Position numbers and translations under genes: made by a program. Shown here one piece after another: positions 1 to 14,037 of a DNA stretch of 64,000 bases (within the stretch, counting starts at the first letter, position 1; every line of letters begins with the position of its first letter). The notes beneath the pieces are model-generated. The model was given only the letters and a program-made list of their open reading frames with translations. It had not been told where the DNA came from and made no database searches. The stretch is taken from the NCBI RefSeq assembly GCF_009914755.1, contig NC_060937.1; one strand, given 5' to 3'. Source of the DNA: the human T2T-CHM13v2.0 reference genome, Homo sapiens.

Positions 1-126
1 GATTGCATCTTCTCATTATGGGTTGTATAACCCTGCTTGTTTGCATCCCAGAGGATGTTTTTTTAGATGACAGGCATTGTGAATTTTTCCTTTATGAGTA
101 TTGGATGTATTTGTATTGCCATGTAA

Positions 127-557
127 TTTTTTGAGATAGGGTCTCACTCTCTTGCCCGTCACTGCAGTGGCAAGATAATGGCTCACTGCAGCCTCAACTT
201 CCCTGGCTCAAACGATCCTCCCACATCAGTCTCCCAAGTAACTAGGACTATAGGCATGTACCACCACCCTTGGCTAATTTTTTTAGGTTTTTGTAGAGAC
301 AAGGTCTTACTGTATTGCCCAGGCTGATCTCAAACCCCTGGGCTCAAGCAGTCCTCTTGCCTCAGCCTTCCAAAGTTCTGGGATTACAGGCACACACCCC
401 TGCACACAGCTAATTTTTGTATTTTTTATAGTGGTGGGGTCTTGCTGTGTTGCTCAGACTGTCTTGCTGTGATGCTGTAAATCCTGGGCTCAAGCATTCC
501 ACGTGCCTCAGCCTCCCAAAGTGCTGGGATTACAGGCATGAGCCACCATGCTTAGCC
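127..557 (-). mobile_element. Old Alu (AluJ-like) with three monomer arms, inside an old L1M remnant
   Basis: T-run then gagatagggtctcactc; two linker motifs (gctaatttt); ends ctgggattacaggcatgagccaccatgcttagcc. Confidence 0.85.
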
Positions 558-2466
558 CCCATAGTATTCTTGAGCTTTTTTCTGGAGTAAAGTTATATCA
601 CTGGGGAAGAGTCTGATCATTCTGGGTTTTGCTTTTCAGCCTTATTAGGCGTGTACTGATCAGCAATTCTTTCAAAAACATGTACTGTCTGACCCGTTAA
701 GAAAAAGAGTGTTGACCCTCTCTTTGCATATTGTCAGGTTACTATTCAGAATGGTGCCATTTAGGCTGAAAAAGCAAATGGCAGATTTTGCAACTCTTTG
801 GCCAGTGAGAGTCTAAGTATGGAAGACAAGGTGAATTTAAATGTTATTAATGGATTCTTCTGAAATCTATTCACAAGGACATCCTTTTGTTTGCTTGCTA
901 TTTTTATGAAGAGCTGTCCCATCATAAGGCATTGGGGACCATGCTGGAGTACTAGTGCCAGGGAGGCTCCCATGAGGCCCTTAGGATAGCGGGGGGCTGT
1001 AGAGCTTAGGGAGGCTGAAGTTTACCCATCTCTGACAGGCTGGCAGGATCACAGCTGTGGAGCTGTCAGTCATATGCCAAACATCATCTGGACAAACTCA
1101 GCCCTTTGGCTGAGAGGTTTAGCAATGAAGCTAGAGACTGACCATTAAAGGAATGTCGAGGACTGTTCTCCTCTCTCGTTCCAAAACCCCTTAAGGTTTT
1201 CTCTTGAGATGATTTTAAGAGAGTGGACCTAAGAAGTCTGTCAAATGCAGAAAACACCTAAAGAGGATGCCTTCAGCTGTGGGTCTCAGGACAGATCAGT
1301 GGAGCCCACAGAGCAGGAGGCTCGCCCTGCAGGCCAGGACTGGGAATCCCACGTTAGAGCAATGGGGCCGAGTAGATGCACAGGAGGCAGGAGTATCCAC
1401 AGCCCTTGTGCTCCCTACCACAGAGCAGCAGGGAGGCAGCAGAATGACATAACCTGCATCTTTACAATAGTCAACCAGTGAGTGTGGTGTCAAGAGACTC
1501 TAAAATACAAGCAGCTCCGCAGCTGCCAACTTCATTTGTCTGGAGATAAGCCCAGGTTGAAAAAGAGCCTGCGCCCCTCACACATACCTCAGGTCCTAAG
1601 GAGCTTCCCTGTGAGTAGCGAGATTTCCCGCCAACATGGAACCCGGCTCTAGCCCTTCCTGCATGAACCTCATGCAAACAGCTGGACAGGAAGAACTGCC
1701 CTCTGAGAAGATGAGTAAGGGTCAGAGTCTCCACCTCCCTATTCCCCTTTCTCTCCTTACCTACACACAACTGCTAGGCCCCAGATTCAAGAGCCTGGGT
1801 CCCTAGGAAACCCAAAAAGTGTTTTCTTTTTCTGTTTCTCTCCTTTTCTCTTATATACTTTTATTACCATAAAATGTTAGGGAACTAGATACCCAATCAG
1901 TTTTACCTGTTATGGTCAAAATGAAGTACAGAGACTGGAACTCCCCCTTATGCAAGTCCTGGGGCCTGCATGGACTCATTTCAACAGAGACATTTAAGAA
2001 GCTTATTCCAGCCACCAAGAGAAAATAAGATATTCCAATCCACACCTGGTTCTTACAAAGCAAGTGACCCCATCCTCACCACTCCAAACTCTCACTTTCC
2101 TTTTGTCTCCTCATATCTCCTATCCTGTATATTTTCTGGAGCCTATCTCTTTCTCCCTGATTCTCAAATATGCCCCAGGGGTGCTCTCCCTCTCCCTTGG
2201 CATCCACCTCGGTCACAACCATCAGCGTCATCTTACCCCCCTCTTCACACCCAGCTTCACCACCAGTGAACACAGGGTAACTGCCTGATCTTTCACTCTG
2301 GTTCTACCCGTGTCCTGTGTTCCTGCAGAGAAGGACAGGGAAGCTCTGGACTTTCTGCCTCATGTCTTGAAAAGCTTTGAGAATATGCCATGTTGGTTTC
2401 CACTGGACTCTCAGCTCATCTCATAGTACGAGGTCTTCCTGTCTAGCTGTTTGCACAAGTAGTACG

Positions 2467-3545
2467 TTCCAGGCAGAAGAAACAACACACACAAAAGCCT
2501 TGAGGTGGGAGTGAGCCTGGTGTGGTCAGAGAACAGGAATAAAGCCAGTGTGGGTGGAGTAAGTGAGAGGAGGAGAGTGAGAGAGGAAGTAGGGAGGTGG
2601 GTGATGTACAGATCACATGGGGCCTCCAGGCCCGGGTTAGAAGTTTGGATATTAATTCCAAAACCCCACAAAAGTTTTAAACATCATCTGATTTATGTTT
2701 TTACAAAGATTATCCTGGGTAGTCTCTGTAGAATAGGAGAGGTAATGGCAGAAGCAGAGAGGTCAGTTGTGAGCTGTTAGAGTTTACAGATGAGAGTTAC
2801 TGTCAGGACAGCTGGGAGGATGGAAGGAGAAAGGGGTGAAATTATTGGGATACATTTTGGAGGCAGAGCCAATAGGATTGGACTCTGAGCACGGGTGATG
2901 GGGAAACAGAGGAACCAATCATGACTGCTAGGATTTTGGCTTGAGCTACCGGAAGGATGGTGATGTTATTTATTCATGTAGGTTGACTAACCAGGTCAAC
3001 TAGGGAGGGACTAGGCCTGTGCAGAAATATGAAGAACTCCCTTTTGGGAATTCTTGTGGAGTTTTCACAGAGGTAATTATGAGTCAGGGGTTCTTGAAGA
3101 GGTCAGGGCTGGAGATTGAAATCTGCGTCTCACTAGATGCCAAGTCAGAGGACTGCAGCTAGGGAAAATGTGCCCCAAGATGGGCCCCTACAACATTCTG
3201 ACATTTAAAGATCTGGCAAAGAAGGCTCAGCAGCAACAGCTAGTATAGAGGGTGGAAAACCAGAAGAATATGGTGTCCCAGAAGCCACAAGAAGGAAGTG
3301 CCTCAAAGAAGCAAAAAATGGTCAATAATGTTGAATGCCACTGGGCAGTTGGAGGGAGAGAAAGGATCAGTGAATTTGGCAACATGGAAGACGTTGATTC
3401 TCTTTACAAGAACACTTTAAGTGGAGTCATGGAGACCAATCCTCATTAGCCAGAGAGAGGGAAGTTGACACCCAAGTGTAGCCACCTCAGGCTTATGAAA
3501 TATAAGGGGCAAATAGCAAAAATGGCCAGACAAGACTTGGAGCTC
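2467..3545 (-). mobile_element. L2 LINE remnant
   Basis: Purine-rich reverse complement of L2 3' region (ttccaggcagaagaaacaac...aaaagccttgaggtgggag). Confidence 0.75.
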
Positions 3546-3841
3546 TTTCATTATTCAGGAAATGAGAATGATTCTGTTATGGTCAGGGTTTCTGAAAACC
3601 ACTTAACAATAATTTGACAACACTCACATGCAGAACTTCCTTGAAAATCACTTCTCTACTGACCTTGGCCCAAATAGACACAGCACTGTCAGCTGTCCCC
3701 AAATGTGTTCGGGGTCACAAAAAAGTCTATTAACTTCACAAGTAATTGATACTTTAATTTTATTGCTGTAATTTTACAAAATATTGTCTGCAGTCATTTT
3801 GCAGTCCTTTTGCTCAGCTTTTTTCTTAGAAAATCAAAACA

Positions 3842-4226
<385 letters not shown>

Positions 4227-4411
4227 TTACTGCAAGAAATTTCAGAGGATAAATAGAAGTTAAGTAAGCTATTGTCCCAAACAATGAAAGATGCCTATTG
4301 TAAGACTGTGGGGAGAAGAGTTACTCTGACATGCTTCAGGGAAAGTAATGACTTTTTTAAAGGCTAAACTTGTATACAGAATTATTTCAACAACCTAAGT
4401 ATAATGATGAT

Positions 4412-4770
4412 TGATATGGTGCTGTATCCCCACCCAAATCTCACCTTGAATTGTAGTTCCCATAATCCCCATGTGTTGTGGGGAGGGACCAGGTGGAGAT
4501 AATTGAATCATGGGGGTGGTTTTCTTATCCTGTTCTTGTGATAGTGAGTTAGTTCTCATGAGATCTGATGGTTTGATAAGGGGCTTCCCCCTTCACTGGG
4601 CACTCATTCTCTCTCCTGCTGCTCTGTGAAGAGGTACCTTCCTTCATGATTGTAAGTTTCCTGGCCTCCCCAGCCGTGCAGAACTGTGAGTCAATTAAAC
4701 ATTTTTCTTTATAAATTACCCAGTCTTGGATAATTTATTCTTCATAGCAGCGTGAGAATGAACTAATACA
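4412..4770 (+). mobile_element. THE1 (C/D-like) MaLR solo LTR
   Basis: tgatatgg...ccccacccaaatctcac start, actaataca end, 5-bp TSD atgat on both sides. Confidence 0.92.
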
Positions 4771-4829
4771 ATGATAATGATACTAATGTATCATTATAAA
4801 TACAATGAAGATAACTAATGTGACTATTC

Positions 4830-5000
4830 AGAGTTATTATATGTATTTTATATAATCTGCCAACAAGCCTGTGAGATTGTTCTTTTGTTTTCTTCACAGA
4901 TAAGGACGTTGCTTTACAGATGAGGCTCAGGGTGACTAAGTAACATTGACAAGATCACAAGTCTAATAATTCAGAGTAGTAGTACCCAAGTGGAGATCCA
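4830..5000 (-). mobile_element. MIR remnant
   Basis: ttacagatgaggctcagggtgactaagtaacattgacaagatcaca resembles the MIR core in reverse. Confidence 0.6.
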
Positions 5001-5189
5001 TGTGGGCACTAATTCATGTTGTTTATCAGCAAGATGACAGAGCATTGCCATTTAGGTGCAACTGGAAGGCCCAGTTCACAGTGTCCCCTTGGGCAAATAG
5101 GAAGGTTCCAGTTTGGGGAGGTTTGCAAGTTAAGGTCAAACCTAGCTGAATTAATAAGACCTTTCCATAATCCCCTGAATTTCCCTTTT

Positions 5190-7005
5190 GCCCCTTACTA
5201 GACAATTCCCAATCCTACTACCTTATCCCAGGTGAATATTCATCTGCTTTTTGATGCTATAAATTATATCATATTTTCTAGACTTTTGTATAAATGGGAT
5301 CATACAGTATGTACTGTTTTTGTATCTGGTGTCTGTCACTCATCATCATGTTTTTGAGATTCACTCATGTTATTACATGCATTTGTAGTTCATTCCTTTT
5401 ATTGCCGAGTATTGTATGGATGTACATACCACAATTTGATCATCTATTCACCTGTTGATAGACATTTGGGTTATTTTCAGTTTTTGGCTCTAACAAATGA
5501 AGGTGCTATGAATGTTCATGTACAAGTCTTTCTGAGGGCATATGGTTTCACTTCTCTTGGACAAATACCCAGGAATGGAACTGCTGGGCTATACAGTAAA
5601 TGTATGTTTAATTTTATATGAAACTGCCAAAATATTTTTCAAAGCAGTTTTCCTATCTTACAGTCCCATGAGCAATCTATGAGAGTTACAGTGGCTTCAC
5701 AGGCTCACCAGTGTCTGAAATTGTTAGTCTTTTTAATATTAGCCAGTCCAGTGGGCATGTGGCAATATCTCATTTTAGTTTTAATTTGCATTTCTCTGAT
5801 AATGAATGATGTTGAACAGCTTTTTTTGTGTTTATTTGTATTCATATATCTTCTTTGGTGAAGTGTGTGTTCAAATCCTTTGATCATTTAAAAAATCTGT
5901 TGTTTTTTTCCCAAGTATTATTTAGCTGTAAGGGATATTTATATATTCTAAATACAAGTTTTTGTTTAGATATATCTTTTGAAAATATTTCCATCTGGTG
6001 TTTGTCTTGATTTTTCATTACTTAACAGTGTCTTTCAAAGAGTAGACTTTTAATTTTGATAAATTCCAGTTTTCATGTACCTTACTTAAATAAGGTACCT
6101 TGACTAGGCAAATTCAAATTTAGAGATAGAAATTAGAATAGCAGTTGCCATGGCTGGAGAGACAGGGGGAGTTGTGTTATGGATACAGAACGTCAGTTTT
6201 GCAAGATGAAAAAGTCCTAGAGATTAATTTCACAACAGTTTAAGTATACTTAACACTGTTGAACTATATAATTAGAAATTATTAAGCTGGTAACTTTTAT
6301 GACACCTGAATTTTACCACAATCAAAAAAATTCCAAGGTATTTTATGTTTTCCTATGCTACTGGCAATATTTAAAATATTTTAATTTCTAGGTACACCTC
6401 ATGGATCTAGGATATGTATTTTTGTTATCTTTCAATTGAGAAGATTTTCTAATTTCTCTCATGACATATTTGGCCCAGAGTCTATTTAGTAGTATGTTGC
6501 TTAATTCCTCCAAATTTGGGGATTTCTTAGATACTCTTCTGTTGATTTTTGGTTTCATTCCATATGTTCAGGGAACACACTTTGTTTAATATGAATCTTT
6601 ATAAGCTTATTGTGGCTTCTATTTTATACTCACAAGTATGGTCTGTGCTTATGTTTGGTATACTGATGGATAAATGTCAATTAGGTCCAGTTGATTGATA
6701 GCGTTATTGCAGTCCTTTACATTTTTATTATTTTTTAAAAAATTTGTTCTATCAGTTACTTACAGAAGAATGCTAAAATTTCTAGATGGAAATTTGGATT
6801 TAAAACACTATTTCAGTAATACCAATTTTTGCTTCACATTTTAAAGCTCTATTATTAGGTGCATAAACTCATTTGGGATTTTGATGTCTTCTTACTGAAT
6901 TTACTGGCTTTCATTATGAAATATGCATCTTTATTCGTGGTAATATTCCTTCTTCAGAAAACCAATTTCCTATGCTATTAATATAGTACTCTAGCTTTTT
7001 GCCTT
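5190..7005 (-). mobile_element. Old L1M fragments (3' end and ORF2), including an oppositely oriented L1MB-like 3' fragment at about 6105-6330
   Basis: T-rich L1 antisense sequence; ORF 5705..5887 gives an L1 ORF2 C-terminal peptide ([16 protein letters not shown]). Confidence 0.8.
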
Positions 7006-7009
7006 TAAT

Positions 7010-10000
7010 TTTAATTTTCTAATTTTATCTTAGGTTTAGGGGTACATGAGCAGCTTTGTTATATAGGTAAATTGTGTGTGGTTTGGTGTACAGATTATTT
7101 CATCACCCAGGTGATAAACACAGTAGCCTATGGGTAGTTTTTCAATCATCACCCTCCTCCCACCTTCTACCCTCAAGTAGGCCCTAGCGTCTGTTCTCTT
7201 CTTTGTTTCAATATGTACTCAATATCTAGCTTTCCCTTATAGATGAGAACATGCCATGTTTGGTTATCTGTTTCTGCAAAGGAAATGATCTCGTTCTTTT
7301 TTATGGCTGTGTAGTATTCCATATGTATTCCCTTTTCTCTGCAACCTCACCAGCATCTCTTACTTTTGGACTTTTTAGTAATTGCCATTCTAACTGGTGT
7401 GAGATGGTAGTTCATTGTGGTTTTCATTTTCATTTATTTAATGATTAGTAATGTTGGGCATTTTTTCATGGATTTGTTGGCTGTGTATGTCTTCTTTTGA
7501 AAAGTATCTGTTAATGTCTTTTGCCCACTTTTAAATGGGATTGCTTGTTTTTTTTTCTTTTGAATTTGTTTAACCTCCTTATAGATTCTGGATATTAGAC
7601 CTTTGTAGGATGCATAGTTTGCAAATATTTTCTCTTATTTGGTATTGTCTGTTTACTCTGTTGATAGTTTCTTTTGCTGTGCAGAAGTTCTTTAGTTTAA
7701 TTAAGTCCCATTTATCAATTTTTGTTTTTGTTGCAATTGCTTTTGGTGTTTTTGAAATGAAATCTTTGCCAGGTCCTATGTGCAGAATGGCATTTCCTCC
7801 TATGTCCAGATAGGCATTTCCTAAGTTATCTTCAAGGGTTTTTATGGTTTTAAGTATTACATTTAAGTCTTTAATACATCTTGAGTTGATTTTTGTATGT
7901 GGTGTAAAGAAGGGATTCAGTTTCCATCTTCTGCATATGATTAGCCAGTTACCCCAGCGCCATTTATTGAATAAGGACTCTTTCCCCTGTTGCTTGTTTT
8001 TGTTGACTTTGTTTTTCCTCCTCAATTTTTTGGAATAGTTTCAGTGGAAATGGTACCAATTCTTATTTATACATTGTTTAGAATTTGGCTATGAATGCAT
8101 TTGGTCCTGGGTCTTTTTCGGTTGGTAAGCTTTTTATTACTGATTTGATTTCAGAACCTGTTATTCATATGTTCAGGGATTGAATTTCTTCCTGGTTCAA
8201 TCTCAGGACATTGTGTGTTTCTAGGAATTTATCCATTTCATCTAGGTTTTCTAGTTTGTAAGGGGTTTTGTATTTCTGTGGGGCCAGTGGTAATGTCCCC
8301 TTTATCATTTCTTGTTGTGTTTATTTGCATCGTCTCTCTTTTTTTAATTAATCTAGCTAGTGGTCTATCCATGTTGTTTATTCTTTCAAAAACTAAACTC
8401 TTGGATTCATTAATATTTTGTATTAATGTTTTACACATCTCAGTTTCCTTCAGTTCACCTCGGATTTTGGTTATTTCTTGTCTTCTGCTAGCTTTGGGGT
8501 TGGTTTGGTCTTGTTTCTGTAGTTCCTCTAGGTGTGATGTTAGGTTGTAATTTGATATCTTTCCAACTTTTATGTGGGTCTTTAGCACTGTACATTTCCC
8601 TAACACTGCTTTAGTTATGTCCTAGAGATTCTAGTATGTTGTATTTTGTTCTCATTAGTTTCAAAGAATTTCTTGATATCTGCCTTAATTTCATTGTTTA
8701 CCTAGAAGTCATTCAGGGGTAGGTGGTTTAATTTCCATGTAATTGTATGGTTTTGAGCTTAGTATTGACTTCTGTTTTTATTGTGCTGCGGCCTAAGAGT
8801 GTGTTTGTTATGATTTTGGTTTTTAAAAATTTGCTGAAGATTGTTATATGGCTGATTGTGTGGTCGATTTTAGAGTATATGCCATGTGCAGAAGAGAAGA
8901 TTGTATGTTGTGTTTTTAGTTAGAGAGTTTGGTAGATATATGTTAGGCCCATTCAGTCAAATAATTGAGTTCAGGTTCTGAAAATCTTTGTTAGTTTTCT
9001 GCCTCAATGATCTGTCTAATACTATTAGTGGGGTATTTAAGTCTCCCACTATTATCCTGTGGTTACCTAAGTCTCTTCATAGGTCTCTAAAAACTTGCTC
9101 TGTGAATCTGGATGTTCCTGTGTTGGGTGCATATGTATTTAGGATAGTTAGGTCTTCTCATTGAACTGAATCCTCTGCCATTATGTAATGACCTTCTTTT
9201 TCTGTTTTTGATCACTGTTGGCTTAAAGTCTGTTTTGCCTGAAATTAGAATAGCAATCTCTGCTTTTTCCTGTGTTTTCTTTGCTTGGTAGATTTTTCTT
9301 CCTCTCTTTACTTTGAGCCTGTGGATTTCATTACATCTGAAATGGGTCTCTTGTAGACAGCATACAGTCAGGTTTTAGTCCTTTATCTAGCTTGCCATTC
9401 TGTGTATTTTAATTGAGGCTTTTAGCCCATTTACCTTCAAAATTAATATTGTTATGTACAGGTTTGATCCTGTATTTGTGGTGTTAGTTGATTATTATTA
9501 TGCAGAATTGATTGTGTGGTTGTTTTATATTGTCAATGGTCTATGTTCTTTAGTGTGTTTTTGTGGTGGCCAGCAATGGTGTTTCCATATGTAGCACTCC
9601 CTTAAGGACCTCTTATCTAGTGGTAACAAATTCCCTTTGCATTTGCTTGCCTGGAAAGGATTTTATTTCTTCTTTTCTTATGAAACTTAGTTTGACTGGA
9701 TATTAAATTCTTGGTTGGAATTTATTTTCTTTAAGAATTTTGAATATAGGCCCCCAGTCTCTTCTGGCTTATAGGGTTTCTGCTGAAAGTTCTGCTGTTA
9801 GCCTAATGGGGTGAGCTTCTTTTTCTCTCTAGCTGCCTTTAACATTTTTTTTTTTTTTTCATTTTGACTGTGGAGAATTTGATGACTATGTGTCTTAGGG
9901 ATGGTCATCTTGTATAGTGTCTTACAAGGGTTCTCTGAATTTCCTGAATTTGAATATTGGCCTCTCTACTGAGGTTGGGGAAATGTTCATGGGTGATATC

Positions 10001-12180
10001 CTCAAATATGTTTTCCAAATTGCTTGTTTACTCTCCCTTTCTTTCAGGGACACCAGTGAGTTATAGATTTGGTCTCTTTACACAGTTTCACATTTCTTGG
10101 AGGTTTTGTTCATTCTTCTTTATTGTTTTCTTTTTATTTTTGTCTGACAGTTATTTTGGAGAACTGGTCTTTGAACTCTGAGATTCTTTTCTCAGCCAGG
10201 TTGATTCTTTTTTTTTTTTTTAATTATTATTTTTTTATTTTTTTATTATACTTTTAAGTTTTAGGGTACATGTGCATGTGCCATGTTGGTGTGCTGCACC
10301 CAGTAACTCGTCATTTAACATTAGGTATATCTCCAAATGCTATCCCTCCCCCCTCTCCCCACCCCACAACAGGCCCTGGTATGTGATGTTCCCCTTCCTG
10401 TGTCCATGTGTTCTCATTGTTCAATTCCCAACTATGAGTGAGAACATGCGGTGTTTGGTTTTTTGTCCTTACGATAGTTTGCGTTGATTCTGCTGTTAAT
10501 ACTTCTGGTTATATTATGAAATTCTTGATGTGAATTTTTCAGCTTTATCAGTTCACTTTGGTTCTTTCTTAAAATGGCCATTTCATCTTTTATTTCCTAT
10601 ATTGATTTATTGTATTCTTTAGAGTCCTGGGATTGGTTTCAGCTTTTTCCCAAATCTTGACAATCTTCGTTCCTGTCCATATTCTGAATTCTATTCCTGT
10701 CATTTCAGCCTTCTCAGCCTGGTTAAGAATCATTACAGGGAAACTAGTGCTGCTGTTTAAAGGTAAGAAGACACCGTGGCTTTTCGAATTGCCAGAGTTC
10801 TTGCACTGGTTCTTTCTCATCTGTGTGGGCTGATTTTCCTTCAGTCTTTGAAGTTGCTATTCTTTGGATTTTTTTTTTTTTTTTTTTTTTTGCTTTTATC
10901 TTCTTCGATGCCTTTGGGTGTTTGATTATGGCATAAGGTGGATTTAGTCAACTGGCTTCAAAGCTAGTTTGCTCCTACGTCTTGCAGGAGCCCCTTCCAA
11001 TTATTGTCTCCATGACCACATTTCTGGTCCACAAGGCTCCCTGATGCAGGAGTCGCAGTTGGCAGACAGGCCATATCCTTACCAAATCAGCCCTAATCTA
11101 CTCTCTGAGTGCTTCCTGGTAGAATGTAAGGTTGCATCTGCCCACAGAGTTCAGGCAGAAGTAGGACTGCTTGGCTGGAAGCTCTAGCAGGTGTGGCCCA
11201 TCTGGCTGTGAGAGGCGAGGGTGGGTGAAGTTGCCTGCCATGCCATCCAGGTGTTTCCAAGGCAATAGGAGGCTGTGCCACTTGGCAAATTCAGGTAGAA
11301 GTAGGACTATTGGGCTGAAAGTGCTAGCAGTCATGGCTTGCCTGGCTATGAGAGTTGGGGTCGGGTGGAGTCATCAACTCTGCTGTCCTAGCATTTCCTA
11401 GGAAAACAGGAGGCCATGCCTGCTGGCTAAGTTCAGACAGAAGTGGGACCGTTTGTCTGTAAGCTCTAGCATATGTTGCCCATCTAGCTACCACTGGCAA
11501 GGGTGGGGTTGTTTACTTTGCCATCTGGTGGCTTCCTGGAACAACAGGAGGGCTGTGCCTGCCAGCTGAGTTTCCACAGAAGCAGCACTCCTGGGCCAGA
11601 AGCTCTAGCAGGCATTGCCTGCCTGGCTCCCAGTGGCAGGGGTGGGTTGGGTCACCTGTCCTGCCATTTGAGTGCTTCCTGGAACAACAGGAGGCTGCAG
11701 CTGCCAGCCAAGTTCAGGCCAAAGCAGGACTGCTGGGCTGGAAGCTGGTGCTGAGCTTTGTCTAGCAAGGGGGTGCAGCAGTCTTACTGCTCCCAAGCAC
11801 CATGACTGTGGCCTCTATTGGGGCTACGGTGCTGGTGCTAGTCTTCTCTGGGGACCAAGGCTTGTGGTGGTCCCCTTGGACTTGGGAGTTGCCCCCACAA
11901 AATGTCCAGGTGGCTCTCTGCCTCAATTTAGAAGCATAGGGGTGGGGCGGGGTGTCAAGGGGATTCTTCTGTTCCCAGTTTTCTCCAGTTCCTTGTGGAG
12001 AGTGTGAATCCCCAGGGGCTCTCACTCACTCACTCTTTCCCAAGTTGCTGGTTTTTTGCAAGTCAGAGAGGCTCTCTTGGCTCCATGTTGAGCCCAGAGA
12101 AGCTGGTACCCAGCTTCACCCCTCTCCGCTGTCTGTGTCCACCTGCTGCCTTGGTGGATCCCAATGTGGTTTCTCCTAGC
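7010..12180 (-). mobile_element. Old L1P (L1PA13-16/PB-like) with 3' UTR, partly deleted ORF2, ORF1 and 5' UTR
   Basis: Minus-strand ORF remnants resemble ORF2p ([28 protein letters not shown]; [16 protein letters not shown]) and ORF1p (MRKNQCKNSGNSKS); GC-rich 5' UTR at about 10960-12180. Confidence 0.9.
10209..10482 (-). mobile_element. Younger L1PA (PA3-5-like) 3'-end fragment nested in the older L1
   Basis: T-tail then ttattatacttttaagttttagggtacatgtgca; TSD gttgattct at 10200-10208 and 10483-10491. Confidence 0.92.
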
Positions 12181-12445
12181 CCTTCTTTTTTTTTTTTTTT
12201 TTTTTTTTACTATTTACTTGGTAAATCACTTTTCGGTCTTTTACTTTTAATCTGTTTGTATTTTTCTATTTAAAATAGGCTTTAAAAATCTAATCCTCCA
12301 ATTTCTGCCTTTTAATTTTAGACTATTTACATTTAATGAAATTATCAGTATGGTTTTAATATGCCATCTTGTTATTCGTTTTCTATTTGACCTATTTCTT
12401 CATTCTTTTTATCCCCTTTCACTCCTTTCATTTGGATTAGTTGAC

Positions 12446-12735
12446 TTTTTTTTTTTTTTTTTTGAGCCAAAGTCTTGCTGTGTTGCCCAGGCTGGAGTGC
12501 AGTGATGTGATCTCGGCTCACTGCAAGCTCCGCTTCCTGGGTTCAGGTGATTCTCCTGCCTCAGCCTCCTGAGTAGCTGGGACTACATGTGCCCGCCACC
12601 ACGCCTGGCTAATTTTTGTATTTTTAGTAGAGACAGGGTTTCACTATGTTGGCCAGGCTGGTCTTAAACTCCTGACCTCCAGTGATCAGCCTCCCAAAGT
12701 GCTGGGATTACCGACGTGAGCCACTGCGCCCAGCC
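12446..12735 (-). mobile_element. AluS element within L1M remnants (about 12210-13490)
   Basis: T-tail, dimeric Alu sequence ending gagccactgcgcccagcc. Confidence 0.95.
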
Positions 12736-13645
12736 ATGTTTCTTCTTATTTCTAGTAATTTTGATTGGATGTTGGACATTGTGAATTTTATCTTGTTTGA
12801 TACTGTATATTGTTCTATTTCCTTGAAGATTATTGAACTCATTCTGGCAGGTAGTTTAGTTACTTTTCAATTAGTTTGATTCTTTCAAGGCTTAAAGTTC
12901 TTTTAGAATATCTATAAAGTAACCTTTCTTCTAGAGCTGATTTCTGAAGTCTCTGTTGAGTACCTGTGTATTCAACAAGATGTCTCCATTTTGGCTGTAG
13001 TGAAGTGGAACCGTTATCAGCCTGTGTGAGTTCTGGGAATTGTTTATCTTACAGCTGCCTCATAGCTGTTCTTTCCTCAAAAGTTGTTCTTACTCAGTCT
13101 TTGGGGTTTTGTTAAATTATGCATGCAGATTGGTATTCATCCAAAGGGTTAATGGGACTCTTATGCAGGTTTTTGGATATTTTGTGGGCATGTCTCCCTC
13201 CTCTCTGTCCCATACATTCTAGCTGCCTTGACCTCCCCAAACTTTGGTCTCTGTATCTTCAACTTACCATGATGGACAGCTTCTATTTGAGTTTCTCCAT
13301 CCTGTGCTGTGGCCAGGAAACTTCCTCTAGGCAGAGAGATAGGGCAATGACTTGACACACCTTGTTTGTTTTCCTTCCCTGAGGATCATAGCCCTTTGCT
13401 GGCTATTGTATACTTTCTGAAAATGTTAGCTTCATATATTTTGTTTGTTTTTTAACTGTTTATGGCTATTTCCATATAAGTTAATTCTTCATGTGTGAAC
13501 TTTCTCTTACATATTCATCAAAGGTTATTAGCATCAGATAGTTTTTGTTGTAGCTGAAAGAAACTTTAACTTTTGTGTTTATACTTTTAGTTCCAGGCTA
13601 TTTTTTATGATTGTTTTACTTTGTCACTGTTTGAAGAATGCTTTA

Positions 13646-14037
<392 letters not shown>

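Noticed and set aside
7776-7822. Imperfect ~24-bp tandem duplication in L1
   Set aside because: Ordinary slippage in a dead element
7579-8606. ORFs resembling L1 ORF2p
   Set aside because: Short remnants of a deleted, frameshifted L1; not genes
11100-11770. Regularly spaced repeats as a novel array
   Set aside because: Whole units are homologous and lie inside an L1 5' UTR
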